DNA of 64,000 bases from Anaerolineae bacterium. Its GTDB lineage: Bacteria; Chloroflexota; Anaerolineae; B4-G1; DUEL01. Positions 1-10,075 of the stretch are shown here, one piece after another (position 1 is the stretch's first letter; each line of letters opens with the position of its first letter). The position numbers and the translations under genes are program-made. Under the pieces are notes generated by a model that saw nothing but the letters and a program-made list of their open reading frames with translations, was not told the origin of the DNA and searched no databases. The stretch is taken from contig JBDOIF010000020.1 of assembly GCA_041082215.1 (NCBI GenBank), positions 1-64,000 on the forward strand, read 5' to 3'.

Positions 1-116
1 GCCCAGAGCCCCATGCTGGGCTGGCGGCCCCGCTGCCAGAGGTACAGATAAGCTGCGATGAGGATGAGGAGAGAGACCGCGGAGGTAAGGAAGGTGCCGA
101 TGATCAGGTCCGTCAT
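1..116 (-). CDS. 5' part of a membrane protein (runs off window start)
   Basis: ATG at 116 overlaps the dNK stop (ATGA); reads MTDLIIGTFLTSAVSLLILIAAYLYLWQRGRQPSMGLW, hydrophobic. Confidence 0.6.
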   Translation of the reverse strand, partial: MTDLIIGTFLTSAVSLLILIAAYLYLWQRGRQPSMGLW

Positions 117-937
117 TGCCCCTGCGCCCCCTTATCCAGCCGCTCCAAACAGGCCCTGGAGGCTGCCAGCGCTTCCCGGAAGGCAGGAGAGACGCCGTCG
201 GGATCGGTGGCCAGAGCGGCCCCCATTGCCCCCACCGCCCGCGTCAGCGCCAGGAACGATTCCACCAGCGGCCATCGGCGAGGATGGGCAGCCGGGGATT
301 CCCTCATCGCCCTCTCGATCCGCGCCTGCACCTCTGCCCCGCTGAGCGCCGCCCGGATCCGACCCTCCACGTAGTCCAGGTCCTGCGGGTTGAGGACGAA
401 ATCCAGCCCGTTGGTGTCTATCACCAGCAGCGGGGTCGCGTCGTAGCTGGCGAAGTGGCGTTCGTAGGCCTGACGAACGCTCTCGATATAGGCCGGGTCC
501 ATCCCCCGCTCATAGGGCCGGTCTCTCATCGCAATGCGGGCCATCAGCACCTCCAGGTCGGCCCGCAGATAGACCACCAGGTCGGGCAGGACCACCTTTT
601 CTGCCAGCGCCTGGTGGACCCGTTCGTACATCATCAGCTCGTCCCCCTTCAGGTTAAGGTGAGCAAATAGCCGGTCCTTGGCAAAGGTGTAATCGGTGAT
701 GAGGGGGCGATGGTCCAGCCGGACCGCCTGTTGTTGTCGGTACCGGCTGAGGAGGAAGAACATCTGAGTCTGAAAGGCGTACCGCTCCCGGTCGGCGTAA
801 AAGTCGGAGAGGAAGGGGTTCTCCTCAAAGACCTCAAGCAACAACTCGGCGTCAAAGCGGGGCCGTAAGAGGCGGGCCAGCGTGGTCTTGCCGACGCCGA
901 TGACCCCTTCAATGGCCAGATAAAAGGGTCGGCTCAC
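113..937 (-). CDS. deoxynucleoside kinase with C-terminal helical extension
   Basis: IEGVIGVGKTT P-loop, FQTQMFFL, DYTFAKD, RDRPYE lid; SD AAGGAGG. Confidence 0.9.
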   Translation of the reverse strand: MSRPFYLAIEGVIGVGKTTLARLLRPRFDAELLLEVFEENPFLSDFYADRERYAFQTQMFFLLSRYRQQQAVRLDHRPLITDYTFAKDRLFAHLNLKGDELMMYERVHQALAEKVVLPDLVVYLRADLEVLMARIAMRDRPYERGMDPAYIESVRQAYERHFASYDATPLLVIDTNGLDFVLNPQDLDYVEGRIRAALSGAEVQARIERAMRESPAAHPRRWPLVESFLALTRAVGAMGAALATDPDGVSPAFREALAASRACLERLDKGAQGQ

Positions 938-1042
938 GACACCTCCTTACAGATATAGCATCTCTTCCTGACCGTCCATTATGCAAGGATACTTCGGGAG
1001 GGGAGAAAAGTCAAGATTTTGGGGCCTGATCAAAAGCCAGGT

Positions 1043-1071
1043 TTGCACAGGGGCCAGAAATGTGGTAAAAT
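1043..1071 (+). promoter_or_regulatory. sigma70 promoter of rpsO
   Basis: TTGCAC-17-TAAAAT with extended TG. Confidence 0.7.
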
Positions 1072-1085
1072 AAAATCGTTGGAAG

Positions 1086-1120
1086 ACCCGGCGGGGCGAG
1101 TCGGTATGCCCCGCCTGTGT
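1086..1120 (+). promoter_or_regulatory. putative S15 autoregulatory leader hairpin
   Basis: GGCGGGGC-gagtcggtat-GCCCCGCC stem in the rpsO 5' UTR. Confidence 0.45.
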
Positions 1121-1134
1121 GTGAAAGGAGTTGG

Positions 1135-1404
1135 ATGGGGCTGAGCAAGAGCGAGAAACAGCAGATCATCCGGGAGTACGGCCGTTCGCCAGAGGACACC
1201 GGCTCGCCGGAGGTTCAGATCGCCTTGCTGACGACGCGCATCAACCAACTGACCGAGCATCTTAAGGCCCATAAGCACGACGAACATTCACGGCGTGGGC
1301 TTCTCAAGATGGTCGGTCAACGCCGCCGACACCTGACCTACCTCAGCCGTAAGGACCCCGAACGCTATAAGGACCTCATCCGGCGGCTGGGGCTGCGGAA
1401 GTAG
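1135..1404 (+). CDS. rpsO: 30S ribosomal protein S15
   Basis: [38 protein letters not shown] before ATG 1135. Confidence 0.98.
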   Translation: MGLSKSEKQQIIREYGRSPEDTGSPEVQIALLTTRINQLTEHLKAHKHDEHSRRGLLKMVGQRRRHLTYLSRKDPERYKDLIRRLGLRK

Positions 1405-1491
1405 CAGAAGGCGGCTGCAGCGCAGGGAGAGCGGGCCTGTCCCTCCTGCCTGCGCTCTGGATAAAAGAGATTCTTCCGGGGGCCGGCACGG

Positions 1492-1553
1492 GGTTTGGAA
1501 TTGGGACATGCTCCGTAGGGATTAACTTGCGGATTATGTCCCAGTTTCTAACC
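1492..1553 (+). promoter_or_regulatory. long hairpin in pnp leader, probable RNase III site
   Basis: TTGGAATTGGGACAT..TCCGTA pairs with TGCGGA..ATGTCCCAGTTTCTAA between rpsO and pnp. Confidence 0.55.
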
Positions 1554-1586
1554 TCCGCGCCGGACTCCGGGCACGGAGGTAAAACT

Positions 1587-3740
1587 ATGCCTGTTTATAC
1601 ATTCGAAGCCACTCTGGGGGGGCACAAGCTCACCCTGGAGACGGGCAGGCTGGCCCAACAGGCCGGCGGCGCGGTGACCATCCGCTGCGGCGACACGGTG
1701 TTGCTCGCCACGGCGACGATGTCGGCTCAGGAGCGGGAAGGGACCGACTTCTTCCCGCTGACGGTTGACTTCGAGGAGCGGCTCTACGCTGCCGGTCGCA
1801 TCCCCGGCTCCTTCTTCCGCCGGGAAGGGCGGCCGCCCGAACACGCCATCCTCGTCGGCCGGCTCACCGACCGCCCCCTTCGCCCCCTTTTCCCTAAGGA
1901 CCTGCGGCACGAGGTGCAGGTCATCATCACATCGCTTTCCCAGGACGAGCTCCATCAGGCCGACATCCTCTCCATCATCGGCGCATCCGCCGCCCTCACC
2001 ATCTCCGACATCCCCTTCGGCGAGCCGGTGGGAGCAGTGCGGGTGGGTTATATTGATGGCGAGCTCGTGGTCAACCCTACTACCGTGGAGATGGAGCGCA
2101 GCCTGCTGGACCTGCGGATCGCCGGTACAGCCGACGCGATCCTCATGGTCGAGGCGGGCGCCAACGAGATCACCGAAGAGGTGATGCTGGAAGCGCTCCG
2201 AAAAGGGCATGAAGCGATCCAGGACGTCATTGCCGTCCAGGAGGAGATGCGGAAGACGGTGGGGAAGCCCAAACGGGCCTATGCCGCCCGCGTTGTCCCC
2301 GAAGAATGGGTCGCCCGGGTGCAGGAACAGATAGGGGACCGGCTGCTCGCGGCCCTGTACGACGCCCCCGATAAAGCCTCCCGCAATGCGGCGCTGGAGG
2401 CGCTCCAGACAGAGCTGGCCGAAACGTTCGGCGAAGAGGCCGACCCTGCCCTCCTCCGGGAAGCCTTCGACGAAATAACCCGGGCGCTGGTCCGGCGGCG
2501 GATCCTGGATGAGGGGATACGGGTGGACGGGCGGGACCCTTACACCATCCGTCCCCTTTCTGCCGAGGTGGGGCTTCTCCCCCGCACCCACGGCTCCGGC
2601 CTCTTCACCCGCGGAGAGACCCAGGTGCTTTCTGTGACTACGCTGGGCACCCCCCGCGAGGAGCAGACGCTGGACGATCTCTCGCCGGAGGAGACGAAGC
2701 GATATATCCACCACTACAACTTCCCTCCCTACTCCACCGGAGAGACCAGCCCGCTGCGCGGGCCGAAGCGACGGGAGATCGGTCACGGGGCGCTGGCGGA
2801 GCGGGCACTGCAGCCTGTTATCCCGCCGGAAACGGACTTCCCCTACACCATCCGCGTCGTCAGCGAGGTCCTTTCCTCCAACGGCTCCACCTCGATGGCC
2901 TCTGTCTGCGGCTCCACGCTCTCCCTGATGGATGCGGGCGTGCCTATCCGAACCCCCGTCGCCGGGATCGCGATGGGGCTGGTGATGGAAGGGGAGCGGT
3001 ACAGGGTGCTCACCGACATCCTGGGGATGGAAGACCACCTGGGCGATATGGACTTCAAGGTGGCCGGGACGGAGCAGGGCATCACCGCCCTTCAGATGGA
3101 CATCAAGGTTAAGGGAGTCTCGGACCGGGTGATGGCGGAGGCGCTGGGGCAGGCCCGTCAGGCCCGGCTGAAGATCCTGGATGTGATCCGGGGGACGATC
3201 CCGGAGCCCCGCCCGGAGCTATCCCCCCATGCCCCGCGCATGCTGATCCTCCATGTGGACCCGGACAAGCTGGGGGCGGTCATCGGCACCGGCGGCAAGA
3301 CGGTCCGCTCCATTCAGGAAGAGTGCGATGTCCGGGTGGATATCGAGGACGATGGCACGATCTACATCGCCTCGACCAACGGTCCGGCTGCCGAACGGGC
3401 ACGGGAGATGATCGAACGGCTCACCATCGAGCCGGAGGTCGGTCAGATCTACGTTGGCCGTGTGGTCCGCATCACCGACTTCGGCGCCTTTGTGGAGCTG
3501 AAGCCGGGAACCGACGGCATGGTCCATATCTCCCAGCTTTCCGACCGGCCCGTGACCAGCGTCCGGGATGTGGTGGATATCAACGACGAGATCATGGTGA
3601 TGGTGACCGACATTGACCGGGAGGGGAAAATCCGCCTCTCCCGACGGGCGGTGCTGGAGGGGTGGACGCCGGAGGAGGCCCGGGCACAGGACCGACCGGC
3701 GAGCCGCAGTCGGGAAGGGCGACCGCCCCGCCGACGGTAA
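1587..3740 (+). CDS. pnp: polyribonucleotide nucleotidyltransferase
   Basis: FFPLTVDF, FFRREGRP, RREIGHG, SNGSTSMAS, GDMDFKVAG, KH and S1 domains. Confidence 0.98.
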   Translation: MPVYTFEATLGGHKLTLETGRLAQQAGGAVTIRCGDTVLLATATMSAQEREGTDFFPLTVDFEERLYAAGRIPGSFFRREGRPPEHAILVGRLTDRPLRPLFPKDLRHEVQVIITSLSQDELHQADILSIIGASAALTISDIPFGEPVGAVRVGYIDGELVVNPTTVEMERSLLDLRIAGTADAILMVEAGANEITEEVMLEALRKGHEAIQDVIAVQEEMRKTVGKPKRAYAARVVPEEWVARVQEQIGDRLLAALYDAPDKASRNAALEALQTELAETFGEEADPALLREAFDEITRALVRRRILDEGIRVDGRDPYTIRPLSAEVGLLPRTHGSGLFTRGETQVLSVTTLGTPREEQTLDDLSPEETKRYIHHYNFPPYSTGETSPLRGPKRREIGHGALAERALQPVIPPETDFPYTIRVVSEVLSSNGSTSMASVCGSTLSLMDAGVPIRTPVAGIAMGLVMEGERYRVLTDILGMEDHLGDMDFKVAGTEQGITALQMDIKVKGVSDRVMAEALGQARQARLKILDVIRGTIPEPRPELSPHAPRMLILHVDPDKLGAVIGTGGKTVRSIQEECDVRVDIEDDGTIYIASTNGPAAERAREMIERLTIEPEVGQIYVGRVVRITDFGAFVELKPGTDGMVHISQLSDRPVTSVRDVVDINDEIMVMVTDIDREGKIRLSRRAVLEGWTPEEARAQDRPASRSREGRPPRRR

Positions 3741-3779
3741 CCGGGCAGCCCGACCCCGTTCGAGCAGCGGAGCAAAGGG

Positions 3780-4364
3780 ATGGAGAACCTGCCGGAACCG
3801 ACCCCGGTCGAACAGGAAGAGAAGATGCCCAGCCTGGGAGCCAGCGCTGGGCGTTTCCTTCTGAGGGCCCTGCGAGAGCTGGTGAGCACCGTCCTGCCCG
3901 CCGTCCTCATCGCCGCGCTGATCAACCTCTTCCTCGCCCAGGCGACGGTGGTGCAGGGGCAGAGCATGGAGCCGACCCTTCACAACAACGAGCGGGTGAT
4001 CGTCGAGAAGGTCACCTACCGGTTTCTCCACGGCCCACGGCGGGGCGATGTGGTCATCCTCCAGTTGCCGGGCCAGGAAGAGTTCCTCATCAAGCGGGTG
4101 GTGGCGCTCCCAGGAGAGACGGTGGCCGTGCAGAGCGGACAGGTCTATATCAACGGCGAACCACTGGAGGAGCCTTGGGCCATCCGACAGGGCGGGCCGG
4201 ACTACCCGCCGACGGAAGTGCCGCCGCTCCACATCTTCGTCCTCGGAGATAACCGGGGCCACTCCAACGACTCCCGTTCCTTCGGCCCTGTTCCGGTTGA
4301 GCAGGTCGTGGGGCGGGCGTGGCTGATCTACTGGCCGCCGGAGGAGATCGGGCCGGTCCATTAG
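3780..4364 (+). CDS. lepB: signal peptidase I
   Basis: GQSMEPT, IKRVVALPG, GDNRGHSNDSR. Confidence 0.95.
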   Translation: MENLPEPTPVEQEEKMPSLGASAGRFLLRALRELVSTVLPAVLIAALINLFLAQATVVQGQSMEPTLHNNERVIVEKVTYRFLHGPRRGDVVILQLPGQEEFLIKRVVALPGETVAVQSGQVYINGEPLEEPWAIRQGGPDYPPTEVPPLHIFVLGDNRGHSNDSRSFGPVPVEQVVGRAWLIYWPPEEIGPVH

Positions 4365-4390
4365 AAACAAGGCTCACGTGGTGAATCGGG

Positions 4391-5587
4391 ATGGAGGCGC
4401 AGGCATCTCCCCCCTGGGGTCGTGTCACCAAAGTCACCGTCACGCTGGTCATCCTGGCGGGACTGGGGGCGCTCATCTATAGCTTCCGCGAGGCCCTCCC
4501 CCCCCTGATCGTGGCCTTCCTTATCGCCTACATCCTGACCCCCGTCGTGGACAGGATCAACGCCCGTACCCACCTCCCCCGTACCCTGATCACCCTGCTC
4601 ATCTATCTGGCCGTCCTGGTGGCTGTCGTCCTGGCGGTAGGGCTGCTGACACCTCTGTTCGTGCGGCAGGTCGCCGAGTTTCAGGTGGACGTGCAGGCGG
4701 TGACGGCGGCCATCCGATCCTTCCTGAACCGCCAGTACGTGATCGGGGGGTTCAGGGTGGACCTCTCCCAGTTCTACGATGAACTGCAACGGGAGCTGAG
4801 AGGGGTGATCCGTCCGGCTGTCAGCCAGACACTCGCCCTGGCGATGCAGGCCGTCACCACCGTCGTTTGGGGCATCTTCATTTTTGTCATCTCTTTCTAC
4901 CTCATTAAGGATGGCGCGAAACTGAGCGCGCAGGTGGAACTGTGGATTCCCCCTCACCTCCGCTCCGACTACCAGAAGCTGCGGGGCGAGATCGGACAGG
5001 TGTGGCGTCAGTTCCTCCGCGGCCAGTTGCTGGTGGGGCTGGCGATGGGAGGCTCCATCCTGGTGCTGATGGGGGCGGTGGGTCTGCCCAACGTGATCGT
5101 CCTCTCCCTCCTGGCGGTGGTGCTGGAGTTCCTGCCCAGCCTGGGCCACACCATCTGGCTGCTCATCGCTGTGCCGATGGCGCTGATCCGGGGCTCCCTC
5201 TGGCTTCCCCTGCCCAACTTCTGGTTCGCTGTGCTGGTTCTCCTCATCCATGCAGTGCTGGAGCAGGTGGACCTGAATTTCTACATCCCCCGCCTGGTCG
5301 GTCGGCGGGTCCATCTCCACCCCCTGGTGGTCATCGTAGGCATTATTGTAGGGGGGATCCTGGCCGGGGTGATGGGCATCTTCCTCGCCGCTCCCATCAT
5401 CTCCTCCCTGCGCGTGCTGGCCAAATACGTCTACTGCAAGCTGCTCGACCTGCCCCCATGGCCTCAGCAGGAGGAGGGACAGCCGCCGGTGGAGAGCCTT
5501 TCCGCTCCCGGATGGTTCCAGGCAGTGTGGGCCCGGGTGGAGGAACGGGTGCGAGGAGAGAACGAGGCAGGAGAAAAGGCCCTATGA
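4391..5587 (+). CDS. AI-2E family transporter
   Basis: AYILTPVV, LHPLVVIVGIIVGG, GIFLAAP; polytopic. Confidence 0.9.
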   Translation: MEAQASPPWGRVTKVTVTLVILAGLGALIYSFREALPPLIVAFLIAYILTPVVDRINARTHLPRTLITLLIYLAVLVAVVLAVGLLTPLFVRQVAEFQVDVQAVTAAIRSFLNRQYVIGGFRVDLSQFYDELQRELRGVIRPAVSQTLALAMQAVTTVVWGIFIFVISFYLIKDGAKLSAQVELWIPPHLRSDYQKLRGEIGQVWRQFLRGQLLVGLAMGGSILVLMGAVGLPNVIVLSLLAVVLEFLPSLGHTIWLLIAVPMALIRGSLWLPLPNFWFAVLVLLIHAVLEQVDLNFYIPRLVGRRVHLHPLVVIVGIIVGGILAGVMGIFLAAPIISSLRVLAKYVYCKLLDLPPWPQQEEGQPPVESLSAPGWFQAVWARVEERVRGENEAGEKAL

Positions 5588-7602
5588 GTAAGACGGCGAC
5601 CACCGGCTGGAGTCCGGCGACCAAACGGATCACGGCGCTGGTCCTTCTGACCCTCCTCGCCCTCGCCCTCTACCGCTTCCGGGGGGTCCTGCCCCCCCTG
5701 ATCCTGGCCTTCCTGGTGGCCTTCATCCTGGACCCGGTGGCAGACCTCCTGGAAAAGCGGGCCCGCCTGTCCCGCACTCTGGCGACGGCGCTGGTCTTCC
5801 TGGTGGTGATCCTTCTCCTTCTCTCTGCCCCTGCCCTCGTCATCCCCTCTGTAGTCCGCGCGGTCCGCTCCTTCAACCTCGACTTCCTTCAGATCTCAGC
5901 CGACCTGGAACGGCTGATACGGCAACCGATATGGGTGCTGGGCTTCGAGCTGGACCTCCGCGAGGTCTATCTCCAGATGCGGGATGCGCTCCAGGCCTTT
6001 GCCCGTACCGTGGCCGCAGGGACCTTCAACCTGGTCGTGGGCTTCGCTTCGACGCTCTTCTGGCTGGTCTTCATCTTTCTCTCTGCCTTCTACCTGACGC
6101 GGGACGCCGATCGGATCGTGGCCTGGCTGGACAATCTGGCCCCGCCCCCCTTTCAGGCGGACTTTGTCCGGCTCCGGCAGCGGATCACAGAAATATGGCA
6201 CGCCTTTCTGCGCGGCCAGCTCCTGATGGCCCTGCTTCTGGCGCTGATCACCACGACGGTGAACAGCGCCGTGGGGCTGCCCAATGGACTGGTTCTGGGG
6301 CTTCTGGCCGGAGCGATGGAGTTTGTCCCCACCATCGGGCCGGTCATCGCTGCCGTCCCCGCCGTGCTGGTCGCCTTCTTCGAAGGCTCCACCTGGTTAC
6401 CCCTGAGCAATTTCTGGTTCGCCGTGCTGGTGCTGGGGCTGTACCTCGTCATCCAGCAGATCGAGGGGAACGTCCTTCTCCCCCGGGTGATGGGACGGAG
6501 CCTGAATCTGCACCCCCTGGTCGTGCTGATCGCTGTGATCGCCGGCGGCAGCCTGGCCGGCATCCTGGGGGTGCTCCTGGCTGCCCCGACGGTGGCGACG
6601 CTGGCGACGCTGGGGCAGTACTTCCTCTGTCGGCTGACGGACCGGGAACCCTTCCCGGAGGCCGCCCCATCCCCCCCTCCCCGTCGAGGGTGGCTTCTGC
6701 GGGCCTGGGATCGGCTGCGGAAGCGGATTCTGGCCGGCCGCTGGGTCGTTCGGCCGGCCCGTGCGGAAGACCGGGCCGACGTGGAGGCGATCTGCGCTCA
6801 GATATGGGAGGGACACGATTACGTCCCCGAGGTCTGGGAGGCATGGCTGGCCGACCCATACGGCGAACTGACGGTGGTGACGCTGAGGGACCGGGTGGTG
6901 GCGCTGGGGAAGCTGACCCGCCTTGCGGACGAGGAGTGGTGGCTGGAAGGGCTGCGGGTGGACCCGGCCTACCGTCGGCTGGGGGTGGCTCGCCTCCTCC
7001 AGTCCCATCAGATCGCGCTGGCAGAGCAGGTGGGGCGGGGGGTGCTCCGGTTCGCCACCGGCTCTTTCAACCAGCCGGTCCATCGCAACGCGGCCCGCGA
7101 CGGGTTCCGCCGCGTGGCGGAGTTCGTAGCCTATGAGGCCGACCCGCTCCCCGGCCCCTGCCCCCTGCTTCCCCTCGGGCCGGATGACCTGGAGAGGGTA
7201 GGGGAGCTGATCGAAGGGTCACCCGTGCTTCAGGCGGCCGGCGGCCTGTACGAAATCCGCTGGCACTGGATGACACTCACCCGGGAGCGGCTGGCAGCCC
7301 ATCTGGAAGCAGGGGAGGTGTGGGGAGTGGAGATCGAGGGGAAGCTGGCTGCGGTGGCGATCGTGCCGGCCGAACCGCGCGGGGAGAAGCTGGCAGTGGG
7401 ATATGTGGACGGCTTGCCCGAAGGGATCACAGCTCTGACCTGGGGCCTGCGGGTCATGGCCGCTCAGCGGGGTTTCGAGGCCCTCCGCCTGCGCCCACCG
7501 GCCCATCAACCGCTCCTGGAGGCTCTGGAGGCCGCTGGCGCAGCCCGGCCCCACCGACATGCCCTGTGGATCTTTGAGCGGGGCCTTCGTGGGGCAAGCT
7601 GA
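5584..7602 (+). CDS. AI-2E family transporter fused to C-terminal GNAT acetyltransferase
   Basis: ATGA overlap start; AI-2E motifs (LHPLVVLIAVIAGG), then LRVDPAYRRLGVA acetyl-CoA motif, no internal stop. Confidence 0.85.
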   Translation: MSKTATTGWSPATKRITALVLLTLLALALYRFRGVLPPLILAFLVAFILDPVADLLEKRARLSRTLATALVFLVVILLLLSAPALVIPSVVRAVRSFNLDFLQISADLERLIRQPIWVLGFELDLREVYLQMRDALQAFARTVAAGTFNLVVGFASTLFWLVFIFLSAFYLTRDADRIVAWLDNLAPPPFQADFVRLRQRITEIWHAFLRGQLLMALLLALITTTVNSAVGLPNGLVLGLLAGAMEFVPTIGPVIAAVPAVLVAFFEGSTWLPLSNFWFAVLVLGLYLVIQQIEGNVLLPRVMGRSLNLHPLVVLIAVIAGGSLAGILGVLLAAPTVATLATLGQYFLCRLTDREPFPEAAPSPPPRRGWLLRAWDRLRKRILAGRWVVRPARAEDRADVEAICAQIWEGHDYVPEVWEAWLADPYGELTVVTLRDRVVALGKLTRLADEEWWLEGLRVDPAYRRLGVARLLQSHQIALAEQVGRGVLRFATGSFNQPVHRNAARDGFRRVAEFVAYEADPLPGPCPLLPLGPDDLERVGELIEGSPVLQAAGGLYEIRWHWMTLTRERLAAHLEAGEVWGVEIEGKLAAVAIVPAEPRGEKLAVGYVDGLPEGITALTWGLRVMAAQRGFEALRLRPPAHQPLLEALEAAGAARPHRHALWIFERGLRGAS

Positions 7603-7614
7603 AGCTTGCCCTAC
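7589..7614. repeat. GTAG-type REP palindrome
   Basis: gtggggcaagc-tgaa-gcttgccctac; similar copies at 49002 and 58739. Confidence 0.7.
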
Positions 7615-7630
7615 AATAGCGGGGAGGATT

Positions 7631-7798
7631 ATGGAAGAGATAGAAGTTCTGGCAGAGACGGAAGATTTCAGCATCTGGCGGGCCCGGGAGCCGGACGGGG
7701 AGATCACCTACCATCTGGAGTTCGGCAGCGTGACCGTCCATCTTTTTCAGGAAGAGTGGGATCAGTTCCTGACGCTGATGGAACAGGTGGAGAGATAG
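7631..7798 (+). CDS. small acidic hypothetical protein (55 aa)
   Basis: SD GGAGG, MEEIEVLAETEDFSIWRAREPDGEITYHLE. Confidence 0.7.
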   Translation: MEEIEVLAETEDFSIWRAREPDGEITYHLEFGSVTVHLFQEEWDQFLTLMEQVER

Positions 7799-7806
7799 GG
7801 GGAATA

Positions 7807-8460
7807 TTGCTCAGATCGAACGGCCACCCCCAGGGACTCCAGCAGTGGTATGATAAGCTGACCCCCAGGCTGGCCGAGGCGCGGGAGCGGCTGCGGGAGA
7901 TCGAGCCGCACAAGCTGACGCTCCGCACCGGCTGCACGCAGGGGCCGGACGGCGCATATCGCCTCACCTTCTTCTGGCGGGATTACCTGATCAGCCCGCC
8001 GGACTTCACCGTCCTTCGGGCAGATACGGGGGAGGAGCCTTCCTCGTTTTTCCAGGCCCTGATCCTTGTCTATATGGCCACTGGCGATGGCACCACCCCG
8101 TCCGGTCGCTGGGTCGCCTTCCACAGCCTCCCCGACGGGATGTTCTACGCCCAGGCCTTCCGCGGCTATGCGGAGGATCGGTTGGTGCGGGAGCTGGGGG
8201 AAACGGGGCTCGATGCCTTCCGGCAGGGAGCAGAGCGGCTGGGAGGCAGGCCGCTGGAGCTGGGGGATGCCGGGTTTGCCTTTCAGGTCCTGCCCCGCAT
8301 CCATCTGGCCGCCATCTACTGGCTGGGGGATGAGGACTTCCCCTCCCGGGCCTCGATCCTCTTCGAAGACAGCGCCTCCCACTACATGCCCACTGATGGT
8401 CTGGCGATCCTGGGCAGCCATCTTGTCGGCGCGATCCTGAAAGCGGCGAAGGAGCGGTAG
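7807..8460 (+). CDS. DUF3786-like protein
   Basis: WVAFHSLPDGMFY, LPRIHL, WLGDEDFPSRASILF pattern; start (TTG) approximate. Confidence 0.75.
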   Translation: MLRSNGHPQGLQQWYDKLTPRLAEARERLREIEPHKLTLRTGCTQGPDGAYRLTFFWRDYLISPPDFTVLRADTGEEPSSFFQALILVYMATGDGTTPSGRWVAFHSLPDGMFYAQAFRGYAEDRLVRELGETGLDAFRQGAERLGGRPLELGDAGFAFQVLPRIHLAAIYWLGDEDFPSRASILFEDSASHYMPTDGLAILGSHLVGAILKAAKER

Positions 8461-8514
8461 GCCCTGCGCCTGCTGTAAGGTAGCTGATTCGTGATATAAT
8501 GACCAACCACCGGT

Positions 8515-9333
8515 ATGCCAGGAGAGTGGCCAATGCTGCCGTGGGGGAAACTGCTCTCTTTTCTCACGTGGGGGGCTGTCGTTTTCTTCGGCGTAGCCGT
8601 CTTCGCGGTCGTCATCACCATCCTGCATTTCCGTCGGGCCCGCCTGGCCCCCTACTATATCCTCCGACAAATAGCCCTCCGCAAGGGGTCCCGCTCGCTG
8701 ACGGTGGCCGGGATCGCACTGCTGGTGGGATTGGTGCTGCTCTACCTCCGCTCCCATCCTCCTGCTGTCCTTCTTCGCCCCCCTACCCCCATGCCCTCGC
8801 CGACGGCTACCGGTGCGGCCGCATCAGCGACCTTCCCACCCACTGCAACCCTCCGCCCCCTTTTCACACCCCTCCCCTCGCCCACCCCCACCCGCCGTCC
8901 CACAGCCACTCCTCCCTTTATCCCCACCCCGACACCCCCTTACCCCCTTCCTGAGACCGCCCTTTCCCCCCTCCCCGGCGCAGTCGCCGCCGGGCCGGAG
9001 GCCCGGATCGCTTTCCTCACCTTTGCCCTGGGGGAGGAGAACGGGCAGCCGTTAAACCCCGGCGTCGAGTTCCAGCCGGGCGACTATCGGATCTACTTCT
9101 TCTTCGAGTACGAGGGAATGGCCCCGAACGTGGTGTGGACGTACGGCTGGTATCGGGACGGGGAGTACCTGGACGGCGCGACCCGCCTCTGGGTGCTGGG
9201 GGGAAAAGGGACGAACTACCTCTACTACAGGCCACCAGGCGGGTACAGGCCCGGCGTCTACGAGGTGAGAGTCTGGATCGAGGACCGCTTCCAGACCAGC
9301 GGCCAGTTCCTGATCCGACAGCCCCCTGAGTAG
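8515..9333 (+). CDS. membrane-anchored hypothetical protein with Pro/Thr linker and beta-rich C-domain
   Basis: two TM helices, PTPT repeats; start may be 8533. Confidence 0.75.
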   Translation: MPGEWPMLPWGKLLSFLTWGAVVFFGVAVFAVVITILHFRRARLAPYYILRQIALRKGSRSLTVAGIALLVGLVLLYLRSHPPAVLLRPPTPMPSPTATGAAASATFPPTATLRPLFTPLPSPTPTRRPTATPPFIPTPTPPYPLPETALSPLPGAVAAGPEARIAFLTFALGEENGQPLNPGVEFQPGDYRIYFFFEYEGMAPNVVWTYGWYRDGEYLDGATRLWVLGGKGTNYLYYRPPGGYRPGVYEVRVWIEDRFQTSGQFLIRQPPE

Positions 9334-9368
9334 CGGCGGTCCGCGATGGAAACCGCGCTGCGGTCCCA

Positions 9369-10028
9369 TCAGCGAGGGTAGAGCAGGAGGAGCGCCGAGA
9401 CTGCCGGCACGGTGAGGTTGTCTATTCCCCACGGAGAAAGGGCCTCGATCAGGGCCGCTCCCGCCGCTACCCTGAGCGCCACCCCTATCGCCGACCAGCC
9501 AGCGAAGGGAGTGGAGGGAAGGAGGAAGAGCGGGATCGCCGTTGCAATCCAGGCCACCACCAGAAAGGCGAGCGAACCTTCCAGCGAACGGGTGCTGCCC
9601 GGCACGCGGAAACGATGCCGTCCCCAGCGCTGGCCCACCACCGCCGCCAGCGCATCCCCCCAGGTCATCGGCATCAGCGCCGCCACCAGCAGCGGACGCT
9701 GATCCCACAACAGCCAGGTGAGGACGGAAAAAGAGATCGGGAAATAGATAGTGCCCAGGTTCCCCCGCTCCCCCGTCTCCATCGCCTGAAAGGTCCCCTT
9801 CCAGTAGGAAAAGGCATTGATAAAAATGAAGGAGACCGGCGGGATGAGGGCCATCGGGAGGTAGTGGAAGAGAAGGAGAAACCAGACGGTCATCCCGGCG
9901 GCGATGTGGACCACCTTACGGGTGAACTCAACCGGATAGCCCCGCCACCGTCGCAGTCCCTCCGTTGCGCCCAGTATCCCGAAGAGATAGACGTAAGAAA
10001 GCACCAGTATCGGCAGATCGGCTTTCAT
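9369..10028 (-). CDS. phytol/dolichol-kinase-like (CTP-transferase family) membrane protein
   Basis: RKVVHI, WGDALAAVVG, RSLEGS, IDNLTVP. Confidence 0.8.
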   Translation of the reverse strand: MKADLPILVLSYVYLFGILGATEGLRRWRGYPVEFTRKVVHIAAGMTVWFLLLFHYLPMALIPPVSFIFINAFSYWKGTFQAMETGERGNLGTIYFPISFSVLTWLLWDQRPLLVAALMPMTWGDALAAVVGQRWGRHRFRVPGSTRSLEGSLAFLVVAWIATAIPLFLLPSTPFAGWSAIGVALRVAAGAALIEALSPWGIDNLTVPAVSALLLLYPR

Positions 10029-10075
10029 CGGCCACTCCTTCCACCTCCGTTGAGGGAAACGGGGGTGCAGGCCCT

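Noticed and set aside
4942..5583. N-terminal extensions in the ORF track (4942, 35488, 41504, 43880, 50715, 53728, 54517)
   Set aside because: They overlap neighbouring genes; downstream SD-linked starts fit better
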